Shown here: one piece after another, positions 1 to 12,405 of the stretch
Numbering within the stretch: the first letter of the stretch is position 1
Layout: every line of letters starts with the position of its first letter
NCBI RefSeq assembly: GCF_009914755.1
Contig: NC_060925.1
Source: the human T2T-CHM13v2.0 reference genome, Homo sapiens
Length of the DNA stretch: 64,000 nt
Direction: 5' to 3' (one strand)
Made by a program: the position numbers and the translations under genes
Notes under the pieces: generated by a model
What the model saw: only the letters and a program-made list of their open reading frames with translations
What the model was told of the DNA's origin: nothing
Database searches by the model: none

Positions 1-224
1 TACAAACTTTGGGACCAGGCTAGGATTTGAATTACAGCGTAGGGGATAAATTTGGAGAGGTGCTCAGATAATAATAATGCTCTTCTTTTGCCAGCCCCTT
101 AGATAAATAGGGTCCAGCCCTCTGAATTTAAAGTGTAATCTTTCTCAGCCACAAGAAATTACATACTGATCATTAAGCATACATGATGGCCTTAATGGTT
201 TCAACATATATATTCTATTATCTG

Positions 225-445
225 TAGGCTGTCAGATAAATTGTAGAGCACCCAGTTGAATTTAAATTTCAGATCAACAATTTACAATTTTTAGTATAAG
301 TGTGTCCCCAAATCATTAACACATTAATCTGGATATCCAATCCAGTATTGGGGGAAATATTTATACTAAAAAAGTCAGCTGTTGATCTGAAATTCAAATT
401 TAACTGAATACCTTGTATTTTTGTTTGCTAAACCCAGCAACCCTA
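225..445 (-). mobile_element. MER53 (non-autonomous hAT MITE, palindromic)
   Basis: Self-complementary arms (CCCAGTTGAATTTAAATTTCAGATCAACA ... TGTTGATCTGAAATTCAAATTTAACTG). The end TTTGCTAAACCCAGCAACCCTA matches the recalled MER53 terminus. The central loop is enlarged. Confidence 0.85.
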
Positions 446-452
446 AATATGA

Positions 453-766
<314 letters not shown>

Positions 767-1409
767 AGAGAGCTTTTTATAAAAAGGAGTCCAACAGAGT
801 TTTCAGGTAGAGATGAAAAAAATTCAGAGATTAAGATCTAATATCTTAACACTTAAGTGGTAATATTTTGCCTATAAAACCAAGAGATAAAATATAAACT
901 TTAAATATGAAAGATTGTATAGATTTTTTTTCAACTGGACAAAACTTTAAACAAATGCTATTTTCCTTTTGTGTTTGTGAGCATGAGCACGTGTGTGCAT
1001 ATGTGTAATCTTAATATGCTCAGTTTCACTTTCTGAAAACATCAGTGCTCACATGAGATAAGAAAGGATTAAATGTTCAGTCCTGAAAACATTTCAAAAG
1101 TAAAGCTATATCACTTCTTAGAGGATACTAAGAAATCTATATTTTGAGGTTTAATAATAATAATAATTCAGAGTTTGCAATATGGAAAAATATATATAAA
1201 TTATATTTTGACAACTGCTTGCCACTTCAACTTTTAAAACTTATTTTTTTACTATGGAAAATAATTGTCTATTAGTAGTGTAATTGTCTTTGATTGGAAG
1301 TGAAGAAATTGAGAATGAAACAGATATCTGCAAAGTAATCCCTACATAGTATAATTGAAAATCAATATTCAAAAAGGAAATCTTGAAGTTTTAAAAAATA
1401 TAATAGTCA

Positions 1410-1705
1410 GCTGGGCGTGGTGGCTCACACCTATAATCCCAGCATTTTGGGAGGCTGAAGTGGGTGGATCATGAGGTCAGGAGTTCAAGACCAGCCTGGC
1501 CAACATGGTGAAACCCCATCTCTACTAAAGATACAAAAAATTAGCTGGGCGTGGTGGTGCATGCCTATAGTCACAGCTACTCGGGAGGCTGAGGCAGGAG
1601 AATCACTTGAACCCGGCAGGGGCGGAGGTTGCAGTGGGCCAAGATTAGGCCATTGCACTCCAGCCTGGGTGACAGGGTGGAACTCTATCTCAAAAAAAAA
1701 AAAAA
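1410..1705 (+). mobile_element. AluSg-like, full length
   Basis: CTGGGCGTGGTGGCTCAC...GGATCATGAGGTCAGGAGTTC...poly(A). TSD ATATAATAGTCA at 1398-1409 and 1838-1849. Confidence 0.95.
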
Positions 1706-1840
1706 TGTATATATACACACACACACACAATATACACACACACACACACATATATATGTGTGTGTGTGTGTGTATATATATGTGTATATATATGTATGTG
1801 TGTGTGTATATATATGTGTGTGTGTGTATATGTATATATA
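1706..1840. repeat. Compound (TA)/(CA)/(TG) microsatellite
   Basis: Alternating purine-pyrimidine tract read directly: (CA)n, then (TG)n around TA spacers. Confidence 0.95.
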
Positions 1841-3789
1841 TAATAGTCAAAAGAAATCTGGCTTAAAAATTTAAAAATATAATTTCTAGTATTTATCTCA
1901 TAATAAATAAACAAAAAAATTTGTTGATGTATACTAACATTTTAATGTAAATAGTTATGTTATATTCTCTTTAATGACATATGTTCTATTTCAAATTCAA
2001 ATTCGACTCCACCTTTAAATGGTAATTATAGGAAATTTTCAATTGCCATATTAAAACAAAATAATCATACTATACCAAGTGATTAATATTCTATAATTAA
2101 TCAAATGACAAACATTGCTGGAATTGTCTACTATATTACCTATACATTTTATGTAATGTACAGCTTGTGAATGTCTTTTTAAAAAGGTAATGTGGAATGG
2201 GTAATATAAATGAGTTTTACTTTGATCTGAAGAGGAAATTGTTTCTTCTGCAATCTGAGTAAAATTATTTCATATCGAATGTTTATGTTTCTTTTATGAA
2301 TCTATTTTATTTGGTCAAATATTCAAAGTGTTGGCCAAGTATTTTGATGAACATGAGAAAACTGTTGCTTTTCCAATTTATGGCATTGTTATGCATGTGA
2401 CAGTATCTGGAATTCTGCCACTAAATTTGGTCCATTTGACTTTTCACTATCAAGGTTATATTTCCTAGTTCTAGACTCAAGTGCTTGCACATTACCCAGA
2501 TTTTCCTACCACATAGGGAGATAATTCATATTATTCAGGGAATCTAGAAATGATGACCCAATACACTCCCCGACAAAGTTCAAAATTTTTTCTAGTCAAT
2601 TTCAATGCTAATACTTAATTATCTTAAAACCAGGAGAGGATTTGGATAAATGTCTTGAATAAGGCCTTTTACAAGTTTGTATATTTTTAAAGTTAGTTTA
2701 ATTATTAGAAATTTTGCAGTTGATTAGGGTGCTTAGTCACTTGAAATAAAAAACAGCATTTCACCAGTGTTTGTTTAAAGAAAATCAATTAATTTTGCCA
2801 ATTTGTCAGTTGCTTTCTTCTAAGAAGTTTAAGACAACTAACTTGTGAAAAGTTCATGTATAAACCTATTGAATTCAAGTTACTAGAAATTTTAAAATTG
2901 CAATTTAAAGAATCAGAATTAGCTTTGCAAATTCTGTTACTATTCAGTCAGAAGCCTACCACCATGGCTAGTATCAAACGAGTTAATTTTTCTTTTCATT
3001 TTCATTTTTGTCCACCCACTGCCACAGCCTTTTCATCATAGCTATGACACAATGATGACAAAACTAGTTTTATAGCTGACTTTTTTTTTCAGTTCATCAA
3101 CTCATCAGTGGTTTTATTTTCATCATTTTAATACATAAATATTTAACATAACGGGGAAAATCTGGTACCACTATACCACTTGAATGCTCAGAAGAAAAAA
3201 AAAAGAATTCAGAATATGTGTATTAAAATGGGTACAAAAATGAGTAAAAAACTTGAAAGAAGCTGGAGTGGCTGCCAATTCAACATTATTCTGTGATACC
3301 TTAGCAAATTATTATTTTTCTGAGTATTTAAACATCACCTCTCAGATATACTTAATGATAAATGTGATAACAAATGTTTCCTTTATCAAATATTGGTGTT
3401 AACCTTTGATTATATTTTTGCATAAGCATACATTTAAGATTTTTTGGGCTGTTTATGTCATTGATTATTTCCCTGAACTTAAAAATAACATCAAAAATAT
3501 TGATCTTTAATTATACTAAGGAATCAATAGCCACAGAGTATATAGATGTGTGCTCCAAGATAAAACTTAATAGAACTTATGTTTGTGACTTAGAATGTGC
3601 TATTTTTATTGAATTTACAATGTTTGTTAAGCATCTATTCTGTACAGTACATTCTGTCTTTATTTAGTATTATGTTAAATAACGACTTCTCTTAAAAAGT
3701 AACAAATTAAGAATGACAGCAAAGAATGTATTTGTACAAATATGGGTTTATTAAATAGGAAATGAAATAACTTTTCTTAAATATATCAT

Positions 3790-4030
3790 GAATATATTTA
3801 ATAACAAAGTGTTTATGAAATTAATATTTATGAAATAATATATTATTTCAAATATATAATATTATATATCATTATTATTATTAATGATATATAATAATAA
3901 TTCAAATATATAATATATTATTTCATAATATGAAATATTTCATAGATATGAAATATTTCATAGATATGAAATATCTATGAAATTATATATTATAAATATA
4001 TATTTGTAAAAATATTTATGAAGTAAAATA
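3790..4030. repeat. AT-rich low complexity with 18-bp tandem unit ATGAAATATTTCATAGAT
   Basis: Unit repeated about 2.5 times at 3930-3975. Surrounding sequence is nearly all A/T. Confidence 0.8.
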
Positions 4031-4155
4031 ATACATTAAAAATAAAACAAAAGCACCTATATATCTTTCAGAGATATCTATATTAACATTTCAGTGTACA
4101 TTCTTAATAAACATTTAAGAGTGTATGTGTTTGTTTGCATATGTGTGACAAAAGA

Positions 4156-4477
4156 AGTTATACATTTACTGCATAACAATGTTTTGGTCAATGATGGACC
4201 ATGTATAAGATAGTGGTCCCATAAAATTATATTACCATATTTTTACTCTACCTTTTATGTTATCATTGCATTACAGTTGCCTACAGTAGTCACTACAGTA
4301 ACATGCTGTAAAGCTTTATAGTCTAGGAGCAATAAGGTATATCATATTTCCTAGGTGTGTAGTAGGCTATACCATCTAGGTTTGTGTAGATATACTCAAT
4401 AATGTCAGCATAATGACAAAATTACCTAATGATGCATTTCTCAGAATACATTCCCACTGTCAAGTGATGCACGACTG
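4156..4477 (+). mobile_element. Tigger3a (MER7A) TcMar-Tigger MITE
   Basis: GCATAACAATGTTTTGGTCAATGATGGACC...CCTAGGTGTGTAGTAGGCTATACCATCTAGGTTTGTGTA...GATGCACGACTG followed by TA. Confidence 0.9.
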
Positions 4478-4884
4478 TATATTATTTATTCTGCTTTTCA
4501 TGTAAAAATTTAAAATATTATGCCTAAAATTATCCTGGTTAAGCCAACAATAACTAAGGGAAACATGTTAATTTATTATGTGCTGTTTTGGCATTGGTAA
4601 TTAATGTGCAAATCTAGAACCTTGGAAATTAATTTTAAATTTTTATTGTGCCTTGCATTCATATGATATCTACATACTAATGCTTTGAAAGCCACTATCA
4701 AAATTTATTTAAGTAATTTGTTATTGAATAGTCTGTTAAATATTAATTAAGAACTTACTATGAGTCAGGAATTGTTCTCAATATTGGGGTTGCCTGGGCA
4801 TGAGTTAAGACATAATTGCAATTGTTTAGGAGATAAATGATAACAGGAGTAGAGGTGTTGACTAGCGGTTAGGTAATGGGCATA

Positions 4885-6470
4885 TATTTTTTCAAGTACA
4901 TTCACATATTGAAGAATCTACAATAAAAGCACAGATATTTTGTTCAAAGTTCAATACATTTCTAAAATATATGCAGTCTTCTAAACAACATCCCCATCAA
5001 GGAAAACTCTGTATCACCCAAAAAGTTCTCTATTTATGCATGGTGATCACTACTACCCATCTTTCAACAATATAGAAAATCATTGTTGTAATTTTTGTCA
5101 TCACAATTCATTAGCATTTTCTATACCTGAACCTCATATAAATAGAACTGTGTAGCATGCTCTCTTGTATCTGCCGTCAATAACACTATATCGTTTCTGA
5201 GATTCATCTATATCATTGTATGTTACAGAGGATTGTCCCTTTAACTTCAAAGAAGTTTCCCATTGTATAAATGTAGCACGATTTGTTTATACATTACTTT
5301 GGTGATGAACATGTGGTTGTTTACAGGTTGGGGCTATTATATATAAAACTATTACTTTTGGTTTATAGGTCTTTTTTTAACATATGTTTGATTTCCCTCA
5401 AATTTTATTTCTACGTCATGGAGTACATGTATGTGTCACTATATGAGAAGGTGCCAAACACTTTTCCAAATTCCATGTAAAATGTTAGTGTGTGAGGTTT
5501 TCAGTTGCTACCCATCCTCACTAAAACTTAGTATTCAGCCTTTGTTTGTTTGTTTTAATGTTTATAATTCTATTGATAGTGCACTGGTATCACATTGTGG
5601 TTTTAGTTTGCATTTCCTAGAAGCTAAATGATGTTAGGCACATGTTCATTTGCTTTTAGATATTCATATATATTCAGTGGGTAGAGTTCACTTCAGTCTT
5701 TTGTACATTTTTATTGGATTGTTTCTTTATTGGCTGTTGATTTATAGAAGTCGTTCAACATTATGGATGTAAGTCCTATGTCAGATATAGGTATCATAAA
5801 TATTTTCTTCTAGGTGATGCCTTGCTTTTTCATTTTTAAGGATGACTTTTGATTAAGTAAAAGATATGAGGTGTTTTTCATGATCGCTATTTTTTTAGTA
5901 AATTTATTTTTTAGGAATAATTTTATCTTTACATAAAAACTGCAAAGACAGCATAGAGAGTTTCTGGATAACCCTCACCCATTAAGACATTAATTTTAAT
6001 GAATTGATGATGATTAGAAATACCTCATAAGATAACCTCACCAACACAAATGCCATAAAATATACTTTATGCTTTATTTCAGAAGCATTAATATTTTAAG
6101 ATTTTAATTTAAATCTGTGATTTGTCCTGAATTAATTTTGTTTGCATGTGGGGTTTACTTTTCCTATGCAGAGATCTCATTGTTTCAGCACCATCAGTTG
6201 AAATGATATTCTTTTCTGTATTGAATCCTTTGGGACCTCTGATGGATATTGATGATAAAGGAATTGCATCAATAAAATGTTTTGGACAGCTCTAGCCCTT
6301 TAATATTGTTTTCCAATACATAAACATGATATAGTTCTCTAATTTTAAGGTTTTCTTTCTTCTGTATCTGCAATTGTATGTCATTTTCAGCACTGAGTTT
6401 CCTTTTACACACCGTTGGCTAAATTTATTACTAAATATTTTACTTTTATGCTATTAAAATTTGTTTTTTC
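4885..6470 (-). mobile_element. Ancient L1M (MC/ME-type) 3' UTR plus ORF2 3' part, with a short L1MC-like 3' stub at about 5895-5985
   Basis: Degenerate antisense L1 motifs such as GGTATCACATTGTGGTTTTAGTTTGCATTTCC and TTGTTTCAGCACCATCAGTTGAAA. Confidence 0.7.
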
Positions 6471-6479
6471 ATGTTTATT

Positions 6480-7647
6480 TAAATACAAATTATGTGCCCT
6501 AAACTTCATCCTTTTAAAAGTATACTATTTAATGAGTTTTGAAACATGTAAAAAGCCCTGTAGTTAGGAACAAAATAAAGAAAATGAATATTTACATCAC
6601 TCTCAAAAGATTCTTTGAGTCCCTTTGAAGCCAGTTTTCTTCTCCAACCCCCAGCACATAAAAATGGCTCTGCTTATCGTCACCATAGTTTTATATTTTC
6701 TAGAGTTTTAGTATGACTGGAACCTTAAATTATGCAGACTATTAAGAATCTTTAGGGAATTAACTATGTTGTTTGTATATTAGTAACTTATTATTTTCAT
6801 TACTGAGTTGTATACCATTGTGCTGATGTACCATAATTTTTTACTGAGTAGTTGATGGAGACTGGTTTTTTATAATTATGAACAGAACAGTTTGGAAAAT
6901 TTACATGCATGTATTAGTAAGAACCTTTGCTTTTGTTAGTCTGGGGTAAATACATAGGAATAGTATTGTTGGGTAGTATGGTTAGGGTATGCTTAACTTT
7001 ACATATTTTTTTAAACAAAGTATTTTCCCAAATTGTTGGTATGGCATTGTTGGTGCATCATTGTTTATGTTAATTTTACCAACAATGTATAAGTTTTCAA
7101 TTAGGATCACGCTGTGACTTTATTTACATTTCCATGTTGTATAAGGATATTGTGCATCTTTAAATGTGTGTATCAAACATTTATATATCACCTTTTTGCC
7201 CATTTTTATTGGATTGCTTCTCTTTTCAATATTGAATGTGAAATTTCTTTATTTGACTCAAAAAAAGTTCTTTATTAAAGACACGTTTTGTAAATATTTT
7301 TCTTAACTATGTTTTGCAAAGATTAGAAAGTTTTAATATTAATGGAGTCTTATTAATCGTTATTTTTTATATCTCATGTTTTTTGTGTCTTATTTTGAAA
7401 ATCCCTGTTTAACACAAGGTCACGAAATTTTTCTCTGATATTTTGTTCTGGAAGTGTTAACGTTTAAATTCTTATATTTAGATTTAGAGTCTTAAGATTC
7501 ATTTTTAGTTAATTTTTATACATGATTCAAACTAAGATTGTATGATTGTTCATTTAGTTCACATATATATGTGAAATATGTATATGTGTATACATGTGAA
7601 ATATGTATATGTGTATATATATGCATACACACATGTGTACACACATA

Positions 7648-7695
<48 letters not shown>

Positions 7696-8170
7696 CTCCA
7701 GTTTTGAGGACTATGTGTTGAAAGGATTTTTTTTTCAGTGGATTTTCTTGACATCTTTGATGAATGTCTATTGATCATATATGCATGGGTCAATTAATGA
7801 ACTTCCTATTCTGTTTCCTATATATGTAAGGACTATAACATACTATTTTATTACTGTATCTTACTAGAAAGTTTTAAATCAATTAGTGGTGGCTCTAATT
7901 TTTTAAAATTGACTATTCTAGTTCTTTTTCATTTCCATATAAATTTTATGATTATCAATTTCTAAAACAAATTGCTGAGACTTTGACTAGAATTTCATTG
8001 AATCTATATGTCACTGGAGATAAATTTAAATTGGTATTTAAAAATAATGAATCTTCTGATTTGTTAATCTGTAAAATCTGTTAATATATTTGCTCTTCTT
8101 TTAATTTCCATTGGCCTACGTTGTAGTTTTCAGTCACAGAACTTACACATATTTTCTTATATTTATTTCT
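6480..8170 (-). mobile_element. Second ancient L1M, 3' UTR plus ORF2 (continues after 11530)
   Basis: A new 3' UTR starts, followed by antisense ORF2 motifs such as TTTCCATATAAATTTTA...TTTCATTGAATCTATA. Confidence 0.7.
7560..7692. repeat. (TATG/CATA)n plus (TA)n microsatellite
   Basis: Read directly. It ends in a long uninterrupted (AT)n run. Confidence 0.95.
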
Positions 8171-8174
8171 GATT

Positions 8175-11100
8175 TCTGTAAGTTCACTAGGCACAAACCA
8201 CTAGCCAGCTTTCTCACACTGAGGATATCACCTTTGGGACTTGTCCCATTCAGGACCAGAAACCCTTTAATCATTTACCAGAGCCAAAGCAAACTGGGAT
8301 TTAAGGTTCCAATTAGTGCCAAACTGCTGTATCAAGAGGATACAACAATTATAAACAACTATAAATCCCACAGTGGAGAGCTCAGATATATGAAGCAAAC
8401 CTTAGTAGATCCAAAAGGGGAGCTAGAGTGAAATAAAATAACAGTAGGGGACTTCATCAGTCCAGTTTCCACTCTTAGTAACAGACAGATGATCCAGGCA
8501 GAAAATAGACAAAGATATATTGGAGTTCAACTACACACTAGACCAAATACACCTAACTGACATTTAAAAATCAGTTCACCATTCTTTTCATCAGCACATG
8601 GAATACATTCTTTTCATGAGCACATGAAACATTCTCCAGAATACACCATATATTATGCCACAAAACAAGGTTCAACAAATTCAAAAATGTAGAAAATATA
8701 TCAAGTATCTAAAACTAGAAATCAATAACAAGAAAAATCTCAGAAGCTGTACAAACTCACAGAAATTAAGCAAAATAATCCCAAACAACCAATGGGTTGA
8801 TGAATAAATTAAGAAGAAAATTAAAAAAATTTTCTAAATAAATGAAAATGGAAATAACAACATACCAAAACTATGGGATACCACAAAGTAGTAGTGAGAG
8901 GGAAGTTTTTAGCAATATACATCTAAATAAAAAAGTAGAAGGACTGCAACTAAAAAACTTAATGATGCACCTCAAGGAACTAAAAAAGCAATAACAAAAA
9001 AAATCAAAATTAATAAAATGAAAGCAAGAATAAAGAGCAGCGTAGAAATAAATGACATTGAGACTAAGAAAACAATACAGGAGTCAACAAAACAAGAAAT
9101 TTGTATTTTGTAAAGGTAAACAAAATTGACAAATTTTGTCTTAGAATAGCAAGAATGAGAGAAGATACAAATAAAATCAGAAACAAATAGAAGATGTAAC
9201 AACCAAGGCCACAGAAATACAAAGAATCATTAGACGTGATTATGAAGAATTCTAAATCAACACATTGGAAAAAATAGAAGAAATGGATTAATTACTGGAC
9301 GCACACAATCTACAAAGGTTGAATCATAAAAAAATAGAAAATCTAAACAAACCAATGAAGAGTAATGAGATTGAAGCTGTCATAAAAAGTCTCCCAGCAA
9401 AGAAAATCTCATGGCCTGATGGCTTCATTGGTCCATTCTTTTAAAGCAAACTTTTAAAGAAGATTTAATATCAATTATACTCAGTCTTTTCAAAAAAAAA
9501 AAAAAAAAAAAGGAAAGGAAGGATACTACCAAATTCATTCTATAAGGTTAGCATTACCCTGATACCAAAAGCAGACAAGGACTCAACAAAAGAATTACAG
9601 ACCAATATCACTGATGAACATGAATGGAAAAGTCCTCAACAAAATACAAGCAAACTTAATTCAAAAATGTTTTAAAAATCTCCATGATCAAGTGAGATTT
9701 ATCCAGGGATACAAGAATATGCAAATCGATAGATGTTATACATCACATTAATAGAACCAAAAACAAACAAAAAAAAAACTATGTGATCAGTTCAACAGAT
9801 GTTGAAGAAGCACTCAATACAATTCAACATCTCTTTATGAGAAAAACCCTCAAAAAACTGGGTATGGAAGGAACATACCTCAAAATAATTAGGACTGTGT
9901 ATGACAAACCCATAGTGCCTCATACTGAATAGCGAATAACTGAAGCCTTTTCTCTATGATTTGGAAGAAGGCAATGATGTCTACTTTTGCCACTGTTATT
10001 AAATATAACAAATACCTGAAGGCCTAGCTAGAGCAATTAGGCAAGAGAAAGAAATGAGGGCAACCAAAACTGAAAAGAAAGAAGAAAAATTATTATTGTT
10101 CACAGATGACATGATCTTGTATTTAAGAAATGCTAAAGACTCCACTAAAAACTATTAAAACTGATGATCACATTTAGTAAGTTTTCAGATTAGAAAATCA
10201 ACATAGAAAATCAACATACAATATCAGTAGCATTTATATCTGCAAACATCAATCAATCTAAAAAAGAAATAAAAATGTAATACAATTTATGATAACTACA
10301 AAAATGTAAAATATGTGGGAATCAGTTTAACGAAAAAGCAAAAGATCTATACAAGAAAAACTATAACACACGGAGGAAAAAATTGAAAAGAATACACAAA
10401 AATAAAAAGATATTTCATGTTTATGTATTGGAAGAAATAATACAGTTATTATATCAATGTATAATAAACAATGACAATATTACCCAAAGCAATTTTCAGA
10501 TTCAATGCAATCCCTATCAACATACCAATGACTTTCTTTATAGAATTTTTTAATCTTAATATTAATATGGAATCACAAAGGATCCTGAATAGCCAAAGCA
10601 ATCCTGAGCAAACAGAACAAAGCTGGAGGCATTATACCACCTTACTTCAAAATATTACAAAGTTATAGTAAGCAAATCAACATGGTAATGGCATAAAACA
10701 GATACATAGACCAATGATATGAAATGGAGAATCCAGAGAAAAATCCATACATTTACAGTCAACTCTTTTTTGACAAGGCACCAATAACACAGAATGAGAA
10801 AAACCCTCTTCAATAAATTGTGCTGGGAAAAATGGATAACCATATGCAGAAGAATCTCTTGCCATATACAAAAATCAAATCAATATGGATTACATACTGA
10901 ATCCTAAGATGTGAAACTAAGAAATTACCAGAAAAATCTACTAGAAATGCACCAAGATGCTGATCTAGACAAAGATTTTTTTCTGTGTGTAAGACCTCAA
11001 AGGCATATGCAAGAAAAGCAAAACTAGGCAAAATGGGTTACATTAAGCTAAAAAGCTTCTGTACAACAAAGAAAACAATAAAAAAGTGAAGAGATACACA

Positions 11101-11523
11101 CAGAATGAGAAAACATATTTCAAGTTATCCATCTGATAAGGAATTAATAACCAGAATGCATAAGGAGCTCAAATAAACAAACAAAAAAATGATTTAAAAA
11201 TGGGCAAAAGATCTCAATAGACATTTCTCAAAAGAAGACATACAAATAGCCAACAGGTATATGGAAAAATGCTCAACATCACGAATCATCCAACAAATGT
11301 GAATCAAAACCACAATGATAGCACCCCAGTTAAAATGGCTTTTATCAAAATGACAGGGAAAAACAGATAATAATTTGAATATTCCTGACAAATAAAATAT
11401 AAATATTTAAGGTGATAGATATGCCAATTGTCTTGAATAGATCTTGACACATATTATATGAAAGTATCAAATTATCACTAGTACCCTAAAAATATGTACA
11501 TTTATTATGTATTAGTACAAAAA
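8175..11523 (+). mobile_element. L1MA (MA4/MA5-class) with decayed ORF2 (EN-RT) and internal deletions
   Basis: ORF2 EN motif from about 8330 (ATCAAGAGGATACAACAATTATAAAC) and an RT region with ACAGATGACATGATC. ORF track 10471 reads ILPKAIFRFNAIPI. The 3' end AAGGTGATAGATATGCCAATT...AATATGTACATTTATTATGTAT is L1MA-type. The identity of 8175-8328 is uncertain. Confidence 0.85.
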
Positions 11524-11529
11524 TGGCTT

Positions 11530-12400
11530 AATGATACTCCCCTTCTTCTTCTATATTGTGGAAGACAATATGAAATATATCTTTTTAAATTTATGGTAGA
11601 ATTTAACATTGAAGTCATTTGAGCCTGAAATATGTAATGCAGAAAGTTTATTTTTTCTGTTATATTTGTGAAATTATTTTATCTAATATCTATAAAAGCC
11701 AGATTACCTATTTCTTTTTAATTGAGTTTGGATTAGTTGCAGCTTCTCAGGGAAATTTTCATAAAAGTTATTAAAAATAAAATACTTTGATTTTTTTCTA
11801 TTTTACTATATACATTACCTTTCTTTCATTCCCATATGAACAATATTATGTTTTTATTTTATTTATTAACCTGGAGATTAGAAATTTTATAAAAATCAAC
11901 TTTTTGTTTTATTGATTTTTCTCTGTTGCTCTTCTGCTTCGTATTTCATTTTATGTTTATTATTTTCTTCCTTTTGATGTATTTGGGCTTATTATTCTCT
12001 TCCTTTGTTATTTATTAAAGTAGGACTTTATATTATTGACTTGAGATTTCTGTTCACATATTTTATAAGCATTAAATGCTATATATTTTTTCTAAGCACT
12101 GTAGAAAAAATTTGTAGCTGTATCTTACAATTTTGATACATTGATTTTCATTTTCATTAATTTCAAAATATATGCTACATTTCTTTGACTGACTCATTTA
12201 ATATTTTAGTTTTCAGATAACACATTTCATATTATTTTGGTCTCTAAATTTGGTAACACTTGTTACATAGGCCAGAATTTTGTCTATTTTGTTAAATATC
12301 ACATTTGTACTTAATTAATATGTATACTCTTTTTGTCATGTGAAGTGTTGTAAAAATGTCAAATAAGTCAATTTTTTTGATAGTGTTGTTTAAGTCTTTA
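11530..12400 (-). mobile_element. Ancient L1M ORF2 (continuation of the 6480-8170 element)
   Basis: Antisense ORF2 motifs TGGTAGAATTTAACATTGAAGTCATTTGAGCCTG and AAGCATTAAATGCTATATATTTTTCTAAGCACTG. Confidence 0.7.
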
Positions 12401-12405
12401 ATATT

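Noticed and set aside
1471-1914. Overlapping 74-131-aa ORFs
   Set aside because: These are translations of an Alu plus a stop-poor dinucleotide repeat.
2958-3041. Strong Kozak context ACCACCATGG
   Set aside because: It opens only a 25-codon frame with no promoter, splice or homology support, which is expected by chance.
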